Below, piece by piece: positions 1 to 12,000 of a stretch of DNA of 64,000 bases. The position numbers and the translations under genes are program-made. A model generated the notes under the pieces. The model did not search any database. It was given only the letters and a program-made list of their open reading frames with translations, and was not told the origin of the DNA. Origin of the DNA: Paraphysomonas bandaiensis (Eukaryota > Protista > Chrysophyceae); assembly GCA_965644295.1 (NCBI GenBank), contig CBFFRP010000378.1, positions 124,001 through 188,000 on the forward strand, written 5' to 3'. Every line of letters begins with the position of its first letter. Positions within the stretch are counted from its first letter, which is position 1.

Positions 1-3000
1 TTGATTACTTAGTGTCACAACTTCGTTAATGTCATTTCCATAGTACGAGAGAGGTGCGAAATCTTCATAGCGGTTTGGTAGCGTTGTCCCCTCGGATATG
101 GTCACAGATATATTCGCTTTACTACTATCTAAAGTGTATAAAAACTTCCACGGAACATCTAGGTGCGAAATGCGACCGACCACAGAATGAAACGTGACAT
201 CCCACATATAGCCACCGCTTGTTCTGTTGCGACCAACACTTAATTCATTGATGCCAGTTAAATTTCTTAACACAGCCCCCATAACCTCTGCTGTGGTAGT
301 TAAAGCAAGCTTTGCAGACTTCTGGGAACGATAAGCTAGTATAAATTCACCATGCACTTCCATCCCTGAGTTTGACACAATGCTGATACTTTGTACTACA
401 ACGAGTGGGTTAACTATGGATATCGCATCGATATACTCGCCATTAGAATCTGATCCATACACAAGGGCTATAGCAGGGGTATCACGGCGAATGGTACCCA
501 TATACGTCTGGCCCATGCGGTTTTCATTTGACGAACCACGGAGCCCTCCAGCACAGGAAGTGCTAATGCCATCGAAGTCATATATATTGGCCTCAACAAA
601 TACACGTCCACCACCACCGTTACCTCCAGGAGAGTTCATGTCTAAACTACACGATGAGTCTTCAACCGCACATGCTCGACCACCATCGGCAGAAACTTTT
701 CCTAACCCATACACAAAAATCGTTTTAAGATAGACACTACCGCCAGCACCACCACCGCCACCGCCGTACACAGATTCACCGTTGGACTCAATTGTTGATG
801 CACTTGAAATCGATATATCCCTAGAGCTGATGATCCACACCACCCCTCCACCATTCCCACCTCTTCCACAGTTCCCACCTGTTGAACCTCCTCCACTGCC
901 AAGAGCATTTGGAATGTCTTCATGAGATCCATAAGTAGCTCCTCCGCCTGATATATTCCCAACCGGTATCACACCACCCGAACCAATAGAAATATAGCTC
1001 GTACTCTCTCGGTAATAGGCATTGATTCCGGGCATTCCCTCACCTCCGTGACCTCCTCCACTACCGCCCGTGTCTCCACCATACCCCCCACCAGGACCCT
1101 CGCCTTGAGCTCCCCCCGCTACACCCCCAGTATACCCCAGTCCAGAAGAAGAAATAGAAGATCTACCGGACAGAGAAACACTCCTAGCTGTAATATTTAC
1201 GATACGGCCCCGGATGACCGAGTCGGTCAGATACACATCGTTGAAGCAAAATGAATCACTCTGAGTACCACTTCGAATATGCTTTGAATTTTCACCAATT
1301 ACGAAATTCGCCCCCTGTGAAAGTATAAGGTTGAGGCACGTGTTGTCATCACTGTCCAGATCACCCGACAAGCGAAGTGTATAGTTGCTGATGGTAATAT
1401 CAGCTAGCGGTCTCCATCTCACATGCTCACCGATATCGACCATGGTTCCATGCGTACCAATAATTCGGGTAGCGGAGATAATACCTACTCCTGAAAATTC
1501 GATATGCGCTTGAGAATTCGACACCTCGACGAGATCAAAAGTGTTGTTCGCTCTATGCTCAATACCATATGTGTCATTCGCAAAAAAATAAGTTGTGGGA
1601 GCAGTGCTTTCGACTTGTGTTGCATTGCTCAGCAACTCTACAAAATCAGACAGTTCCTCATTTGCATAAGTGGAAAAATTTTCCCAAGATATGACGTGTA
1701 GGTTTCTGTACTTCGGTGATTCACTAATACAATTCAAATTCGACAATAAAACGGTGCCGGCAGCACCAGAGACTACTTGATAATCCGATACTGCGTTTAC
1801 AGACAGCCCTCCAAGTGCACTTACAGTGCCATGAAAATGATCGAGGCACGCATCTATCTTAATTCTACCAGCGGATCCCCCTCCACCATACAGTGCGCTC
1901 AATACGCTACCATGTCCTCCGTTTGCCGAAATGGTGCCTATGCCGCGGAAACTTCCGCGGACGTCAATTACTATACTGCCACCAGCTCCACCACCTCCTC
2001 CACTAAGAAGAGGGGCGTCTCCTCCAGATGAAGATATGGTCCCGTTTAGCTCAAGGTCCTCCAAAACAGTGATATACAAACCGCTCCCCCCGCTACCTGC
2101 GGAACCCAGTGGGCCAGCCCCCCCAGCCCCTCCACAACCCTTGGGGTCCGTCGCATATCCCCTCGCCATTCCTGGGGAAGCGTTATCCATTCCTGGCGAT
2201 CCCTCTCCTGCATGACCTCCTCCAGCGCCGCCCGTGTAGCCATTAGATGCCCGGCCATATGCAAAGTATGCCGAGGATTTGTCCGATACTGCTGTCCCGG
2301 ACCAGTCCGTAGTCCTCGGCAGAACGACGCTATCTCCTACGATTGCTCCGCCATCATGAATAGTAAGTGACACACAGGTTAATTCCAACGAAGACGGATA
2401 TAAATCATTCAATGGTTTCAAATTAAACTTCCCACCCGACATGATTTGTAGGTCATAAAATGATAACTCACCCGAAAAGTCGGAATAAAACTTGGTGGGA
2501 ACAAGAGTGGGATGTTCTGAAGGACATGACGATGGAGCTGAGGACGGTGTACTCGTCGGGAATGATGAAATCGACGGTTGTGACGACGGAGTCATACTTG
2601 GTGCACTAGGTGCAGATGTTGGTAATTCAGATGGGGCAAAAGTAGGTTTACAACTTGGTTCGCCACTTGGAAGAGAAGTAGGATTTACAATGAAAGATGG
2701 GATATTCGTCGGTGAGGTAGTTGGGGAGTGAGTAGTAGTCGGTGAGTACGAGGGCATGCTTGATGGTATTACAGAGGGACAAGAAGACGAAGGGGTACCA
2801 GATGGTGTTGTGGAAGGGAGCATGGAAGGCTGGCTTGTAGGGCCATAGGAAATCGAAGGTACTGATGTTGGGAATCGCGATGAAGGTAAACATGTGGGTT
2901 GACCAGATGGTAACGACGTAGGAGAAAATGTAACAGTCGGTAAAGACGTGGGTTGTGTACTTGGTAAGGATGTCGGCTGCGAGGACGGGATAGAAGATGG

Positions 3001-6000
3001 AAAAAATGTTTCCAATGAGGGACTCAAAGAAGATATATGAGTTTCATTCCATGTTATCGACAAGGACGCATTCAGACCTATGGTAGTATTCCCACTAATC
3101 TTAATAACCGCGGAAGTAACATCCACATTAAAACCATCTACTGTAAAATCTGTGGTGATAAACATTTCAACGTGATTTGAGAGTTCAAGATATCCAAATC
3201 CACTCGATGTCCAGTTTTTACTGAACATGCGCTGTAAATACGGAAATGAGTTTTCCAGTGATACAATTTCATCCACAATGATGCGTGAATGTAGTTCGAA
3301 TGACAAACCCGAAAGATCACCAAGTACAATTTGGTTCAAGTAGACTGATGCTTCTGAATATGTCTGTTCACTACCTGACGCAGCGGCCACTCCTCCCTGT
3401 GTACCACCATTACTTGCAACCAATATCCCATCACTAGAATCAGGGTAAGCAGTAAAAAGGGTACCACCCGCTGGATGAATAACAAAACCATTCGAAGAAA
3501 CAAAAGATGCTGCTTGCCAACCCGAGTGTACTGCAATGGTTCCGTTGAATGACTTCAATCGTTCACTGTCATACACAGCCACTCGTCCACCAGCCCCCCC
3601 GCCACCACCATGCATGCACCCATCTCCACCAATGGCAGATATTACTCCATCACCTAGAAGATATCCATTCTGAACTGTTATCCAAATAGAACCGCCTGCC
3701 CCCCCTCCTGAGCCAGTACCTATCAGTCCACCCGTGGTGCACTCCTCACCATTGGCCGAAATTGAACCATCAATATACATTCCATTAATTGCTGTGATAT
3801 GAATTATTCCTCCACCTGCACCTCCTCTGTGTGTATAGGTGCTCCCTCCACCAGAACCACGCCTCAAAGGGCGATACGCGGACCCATATGGTGCATAGCT
3901 TCGAGAGTTGTCCACACTTCCACCAAGACCCGCATGCCAACCTCCGTCACCGTATGTCAAGTTACCACGGGCTTGGTAGCGTACCTCCGTAACTAAATCA
4001 GTGTCTGATATAATTTGATCATTCCCAGCTGGAGCTCCAGCATACCCCTGCCGATCAGCAGATATGTACGTTCTAGAACCAGTCAAGTGCAGTTCGTCAC
4101 ATACTAAGTACATTATAGGATCCTGTTCCCTGGTTAATACATCAGACCCAACGAGCACGATGCCTGAATTTTCTGTGATGTTGACTACACTTACATTGAA
4201 TACACCAGGAGTACAGAACTCTTCGGCGGAGTTAGCTTCGCATACACTGCTATTGCCATAAACATTTAACACCGAATTTCCGCTTAGCAGAAGAGTGCGA
4301 GGCGTGCGTAATGTGCCCTTTACATCAAGTACATATCCACCGACTCCACATGAGGGATCACTCATTACCATAGTTGATCCATATGGTATCGTCACAATTC
4401 CACCACTATAGCAAGTAACACACCCGCTGACTAGCAGCATTGAACTAGCAGCTATATTCAAGTTTGCCGATCCAAGTATTTGCAAATTAGTGATTTGACC
4501 TTCTACCATCTCAATTACAGTAGATGCACTTGGAAGCGTGAAGTTGTATAAGCTGGATATATAATCATAGGTCGCATTGACAGCACTTGAGTTGATTGAG
4601 GCTTCCACAACGAAATCCATACTGACTGAGTACCAATCATCGTTGTCAGCAATCAACGTTCTGGTCCCTGTCATAGTTTTTAGGCCAATATCTTTGTACA
4701 CAGTTCCACTAGCAGCTCTTTGGGCAGTGGCTGCCAGCCACTGCAATATATCAGATTCCATATCAATTCTTGCTTGCCGTTCTCCATTGTCCACAGGTAC
4801 ATAACTCGAAGTTCCTCCAAATGCCGTGATATTTCCTGTGAATTCATCGACACTACTATTCAATCGGATTGCAATACGTCCTCCAGAGCCCCCCCCACCA
4901 AATGAAACTTGACTATATGTGCCTTGACCACCATTGGCTCGAATAGTGCCACTACCTTGCAGACTATCTGTTCGAATATATATGCTTCCTCCCGATCCAC
5001 CACCAGTACCGGAACGTCCTGAACCAGGATTTCCGTCTGCACTCACTGCACCGTCAACTCTCAAAGTGCTAGAACTAATGAATATAATCCCACCACCTCT
5101 ACCACCCACACCTCCTTTGTGAGACCCCCCCCCTCCGGAACCGCACGATCTTGGAAGCGTAAAATTACCATGAGGAGTCCCTCCGGATGCACTCAACCCA
5201 TTACCCCCGTAACCACCATAAGCACCCCCTCCAGCACCGAGGTGTCCAAATTCCCCGTAACCCAAACCACTTGTGCTTTGACTAATGGAGTGGGGCTGGC
5301 GAATATCAACACCCGGATATCCATAGCCGTCACTGTGCACAACACCTCCTTCTGCAACATTCAGGTTTATTACATTAAGCTCAATTATCAAACTTGTATC
5401 GTCACAGACAGTCGTGTTTGTGTAATGTAAGACAACTTCACCAAGGTTAGCAATATTCAAGCCTGTAAAATTGTATGTTCCCCTCGGTGATCCTTTGGTG
5501 TTTCCTAGTTCTGATAAAAGCATGTGTCCATTGGTTAATACGTTGACATCAGTTACGTCAAGTGTAGCGTCCAGTACCACTAGGGTCACGTCACTGAAGT
5601 AGAAATGCCCATAATTTAAAGAAATATTGACCGAAAGAATCGTGTTGTTGGATAAAAATACTTTTCCAGAATTGTCACCAATTATTTGTTGTGTCCTAAT
5701 AGTCGCTCCAAACGTCATAATGTTAACAGTGGCAGATTGTAAAACAGATACACTTGCCAACGAGCCATATGGAGATGCTGCATCATATAATAACGACGCC
5801 ACTCGCGAGATTCTACCATCATTGTCAAATATTAATTCCCCGCCACTATCTATCTCACTATGATTTGTACCATTGTATTTCCAATACACTGTCCCTGCAG
5901 ATCCTGCATGATATCCGTTTCCACCAGCAGCGGATATAATCCCGGTATAATTGTCCCGCTCACTGTACTTGATAGAAATTCTTCCCCCCCCTCCACCCCC

Positions 6001-9000
6001 CCCCCTTGCGAATTCGTTATTGACTTCAATCCCCCCATCTCCTCCTCGGGCCAATATATATCCAGTCCCTGATATGCAGCTTGCTTCGATGTAAATAGAC
6101 CCTCCTCCACCCCCACCTCGTAGAGAATTATGAGGCGTACCACCACCATAATCAATATGACCCTCCACAGTCAAATTCGTGGTGTATATATAAATTGCCC
6201 CCCCCCCAGCACTCGAAGCTGAAGTATCATTGTTCTGGATATTACCACCACCAGGAGCACCCCACGTTTCTGGCACAAATATGTTCCCATACACACTCTC
6301 CGTTGTCTGAACGGGAGGGCTCGTGAACCCATATCCACCAACACCACCATGAGACCCTCCTGATGAACCAAGGAACCTGTATACGCCTGACCATACTGCC
6401 CTACCAACAACATTAGAGAGGGCGTATCCCCGCCCATTACCAGATATTTGAGACGTCGATGACACATAGATAGTATTCGCAGTAATACGGGGCATAGCAA
6501 AATGCATACTTCCATTGGAATCCAAAAAAAGAGTTGATACTGTAATTGTGGCATCACCACATATCGGATTGCCGCAATCAAACCCATTGGAATCAGACAT
6601 GATTGTGTCGCGGTTACTAGATAGGGAGCCATTATTTAATATCCGAAACGTGTTGCAGGTAAACGCCACTGGATCAGATATTTTCATATGTCCACCGTCA
6701 ATATTGACCACACCACCAGTAAAAACTCCAACCCCTTCGCCAATCCTTAATTCTGCCGATTCCGTTACATACATAGACCTATTCGACATGTCGACGGCTG
6801 CATCTATGGTATGTTTTCCTGCACGAGTAAAGTGTACCGGTCCTGCACCAGAGAATATGCCATCTATAGAACTCCCAGCAGCGCCAAATCGTAGAGTGCC
6901 ATTCACTGCGCATTCCCCTTCCATAGACTGGACGAATCTCCCGTCAACAGTAACAGTGGTATTTTCAGAAATAGACAGCACACCACTGTTTTCAACCTGG
7001 ACATCTATTTTCGCAGATGTCACAGAATCACTAATCGCAATGACACCACCGTTCATATTCTCTATCGTCGTATTACCCACCCAAGAGAGCTTCTTCGAAT
7101 ACAAATCCCATGAGTAAGCCCCGCGACTGCTGTCATCTAGCAGTAAGTCATCGTTTGGTGCAATTATGTGAATGCGGCAGCTACGAAGAGCGACATTGAA
7201 AGAAAATGCTTGACATGAATATGTGTCCCGAAAATGGTGATGAGCACCACCGGCCCTGTATACGTCCCAATCATTATGTAAACACTGACTCGCACAGTGG
7301 TTCAAAGTTGAATCCATAATATTCCATACACCTTCCCAAGAAGACAACTCGGTGGTTGCCATTCGTTGAAATGTAAAAATATCAGGGGCTATTCTCCATT
7401 CCATTTCTCCACTTCCCTCAAAAGTAATCACTCCAAAGTTACGGACAATGCCATTTCTCCCCCAATAGGCGATATTGGACTGAGCCGATATCACACCATA
7501 ATTGTGTAAGGTCACCCCAAGTATTGTTATATTTTGACTGTTGGGTTCCAATATATTCATCGTAGACGACGCGGCAATATTCAGTCCTCCGTTACCCGTT
7601 ATCATTCCACCCGACATATTGAGCACTGCTAGTACTGTCACGTTGGTTACGTGGATATCTAGAGTACCATTGTATATGCTAATGCGATCAATTGTAGTTT
7701 CATTTTCGACGTGCACAGCACCAGACCCTGCAACTAATATCTCTTCTACATGATACAAGGGAAACGTGTTCATCAACAGACAACCATCTGTAACTGACAA
7801 AACTGGGGTTGCATTGACAGAGGCAGGGAGTCTAACAATCCCCTGAATATCTACAGTACCGTCCCCCGAAAATACAGATGATACTTCCTGAAATGTAAAA
7901 ATTTTATTTCCAGTGAATGATACATTCGTTCCAGCCTGCACATGAATAGAACACGGCCCACTACAAGCTCCGCCTGCAGCTATATTCATCGAACCAAGAA
8001 CATTGATATCTCCTTGAATATCTGACATCACATTTAATGTAAGTGATCCTCCAGAAGAAACTACCATAGAGCCCGACGGTTGTTGAATAAAAAGCGATGC
8101 GTTCGAGTCATAAAGGTACGCTTCTGACGGTATCGTACAGGAAAACTCATATGAATCGAACAAAACAGGAGAGTCTTCCCCTGAAGTCAACAGCACGTTG
8201 CCATTGGATATTATCGTCCCGTAGTTATGCAGACTAGATGTTACATCGAAACTGGTGATTGCATCACTCATTGTCAGATTGCCGTAGTTTACAAGACTCA
8301 TGCTGTTCAGAATCAATGTTGAGCTGATTGTAGAAGCAGATTCTGTATATATAAGTGACAAAGTAGTTGACAGGGCAACAGTAGCATTCGGTGTCTCGTC
8401 GCACCTTAATCCAGACTTCCCGCGAATAGCAGTGGAAGTTATGTTAATATCATTGTATGATATCGCTGATCTCATATCACACACTAGAATTTCAGCACCA
8501 TCAAGCACCAAGGAAGACCCGGACAATACAATCGATGCATTTCGAAATAACATAGATCCACCTGGCTTTAACGATAAGGTTGCTATTTGAAACTCCAAAC
8601 CGCGAGTGTCTAGAAGCACAAGTTCACTATTATCACCAACGATGACGATAGTCGTGCTATCTAGAGAAGTGTTAAATACGTGAAACGAAACGTCCAGGAG
8701 CAACAATTCATCGGAAGAAAATTCGAGTCCTGTATAATAACCAACTTTCATTGTTGCCATATCTGTATCTCGTACAGAGGCAATCACATTGCCAATCGTT
8801 AGACTTTGCATCTCTGTGGAATAAGCTTCAGTCAGCTGTACAGTAGTTCGGCCAACAATGTGAATATCCACTGGGTTCAAGTCAAGAGCGTCTATGTCAT
8901 CATATACAACAGTTTCACGGCGAGAATGTGATTGGGTCTCAGACAGAATTTCAGATTCTGGGAGTGGAGAACCAAGGATTAAGTTATCTAAAATACCAGA

Positions 9001-12000
9001 TACTTTTTGTGAACTAAAAACCAAGCTGTTCACCCATTTCGAACCGGTATCCGATAGATTATACCCAAATGAAAAATATATACTTCCACAAGAAGCCATT
9101 TCTGTTTCAACACCGTATGTTAGAGGACGAAATCCCCCAGACACATCAAAACTTCCGTCAAAGCCCAAGCTTTTAGTGTGTACTGCCATACGACCACCAG
9201 AGCCACCACCCCCTGCTATATTACCACCGGAATATCCTCCGTCACCGCCACGGGCGCTCATCACACCCGCACCAGTAAAAGACGTAGAGTTAATTGAGAT
9301 GCTTCCCCCCGCGCCTCCCCCCCCACCAGAAATACCACTAGCACCGTCACTGACAATCTCTCCATCCAGCTCAAATTTCGAAGAAACAATTACGACTACT
9401 CCCCCACCATTACCCCCGGAATTGCTGAACCCACCTATTCCTCCTCCACTTCCACTCTCTATGGGCCAGTATGCAGAACCATAAGGCGTTCCCGATGTGT
9501 CAACTATACCTGAGCCCCCTCGCCCAGCATGCGACCCACCTGACGCACTGAACGAATGGTTCACCCCAGCCGCATGACCAGCTGCTGCCGCAAACCCTCG
9601 TCCACTTGATGAAATGCCTGAATCCTTCCCAACAACGATAGATATCGCATCTAATTCTACACTGGGCGTGAGCAAGTAACCCCCACCGACAATCACGACA
9701 CTGGGAATAGTAATTGCATTATGTGACGTCCAGGTCAATGTCGAAAGGGATGTGACTAATAAACGAGTTAAACTCGATTGAATGTTTCCTGGCATCTCCA
9801 CAGCGGCAGTGTCGGTAAGTTCTACAGATATATTTATCATATTACAGGAGGCCGTATGTGATCCAGATGAGAAAATCACCACTGCTTCATAGGAATCATA
9901 ATTACACGATTTTTTAACCAGAGTTCGATTATTCATGTCAAATGAGTGGCCCGAAAACGTGAGATTCGACTGGCATAATTCAATTACAGCACCCTCAGTA
10001 GATGAGCCACCTCGAGCCAAGGTGACATCACTACCAGCCGTCAGCGACAAAGTGCTATCGTCATGCAATTGCAATGCCGCGTCAACGTAAACGTTACCAC
10101 CATCAATAAATATACTACCGTGGTTGACTATAACACTATCCGATACAGTGCTACCTCGGCCTTCTACATATTCAAAGTGCGATGCAGAGAAGTGATACCT
10201 CGCCACGTCACTTATACCACCAATATCGTGCGCATGAAAATAACTCAAGTAGCAGTACATATCATGGGCAAAGTAATCAAAGGATTTGCACCACTGAAGT
10301 TGATTGCACATATCCGCACATTTATCGACATCAACATCACCGAGTGACATATTGTACGTATCGTACCTATACTCCGTAGGATACCCTACACTATTTGCGT
10401 AAAAGGCAGACGTTTTCTTATTTCGAGCAACATTAAGACTCCATATCTCATCCGAATTAGTTGCGGTGGTTACTCGCACTACCCCATCCACCAAAAGATC
10501 ATACACAGCATGCTCGGCAGGAAGTGTGTACTCCAGGTTTACTTCAGTATTTAATACCATCGATTTGTACTCCTCGTAATCATACCACGAGGCCGCAGCA
10601 CGCATAACTAGCTCTGCCGTGACATCTACAGGATCAATCTGGAATATTCCGGTGGCAGTATTTTCTATTGTAGAGTTAGCGACAATGAAATCGCCACCCA
10701 TCCATTCCAAAAGCCCATAGTTCCAAAAGGTTATATTCTTTAATATCTTGCGGCTATTTCCACTAAGAACAGTAGTATTCAAGCTGTGGAGAGCTGATCC
10801 TGGTGATGGCGCAGTCAACTGCCCTCCTGAAAAATTGAAAAATCTAGATACTGTGATACTACTGTGTGCACTAAGTTCAACTCGGCCCTCACCATGCAGT
10901 ACTATAGATGATACAAAAACAGGTTCAGTGACAAACACAGTTTCATTGTTGGATATAAAGATAAAAACGTCACTGTCATTCTTCGGTGGCTGGCGCCGGT
11001 TCCAATTGTCCCCTGAGTTCCATATCCCACCTGTATTTCCTCCAATCCATACATACGGAGAAGAGTCTTCGAAAGTCGGAAGGATTGACGGGGCAGACGA
11101 AGTAGGCATGGATGACGGGACACAGGAGGGATATGAAGATGGTGACGTGCTCGGCTCACCTGAGGGCTGCCCAGATGGAAGGGCTGACGGCTCCGAAGAG
11201 GGATCAGATGATGGAACTAAACTAGGCCAGGATGTTGGCTCAACGGTTGGGGTAGAAGTCGGCTGTGACGTTGGCTGACCAGTGGGTTCTCCTGAAGGCA
11301 ATGAGCTCGGTTGACTGGTAGGCAGCATAGCATACGATAAACTGAGTTTTACGTACAACAAATAGCCGCCGTAAGAATACGAATTAACTTTATCCGTAGC
11401 TCGAACAAGTACTGTTAGTTCACCTGTGCGTTCCTCTACAGCACTGGCAACATTGACATCATAAATACAAGTATAAAACGTATCACTTTTATCTGTACCA
11501 GGATTACAATAAGTAGAAAGGACTTCTGAGTTGGCTGATATAAGAGAGATATACTCTGTAGTCGGGTCAGAATAGTCATTAGCCAGTACTTCAACCCGAA
11601 GATATACGGCCGAGAAACCCGTCAGGCCACGAAAAGTGTGTCTGACTCCTTCAGTCACGTGATTGGTCCCACCCTCCCACTGTAGCGCAAACTCTGAGTT
11701 CAGTGTGGGTTCCGAGGTGGTCGGCGCAACAGATGGAATAGAAGACGGTAAACTCGAAGGATTCCCGGTGGGGCAAGACGATGGAATAAGGGATGGTACA
11801 TGGGATGGATCTCCGCTTGGCAAACATGAGGGAAAATGAGAATATGACGGGGAGATAGATGGAACATAAGTTGGTAGGCATGAAGGATGAAAAACAGGAG
11901 CGTTTGTCGGTATTGGAGATACGCTCGGCTGAGATGTCGGCATACTGGTAGGGTATGATGTCGGTAACGCGTAAGCAGATATAGTATATCGCACTAGAAG

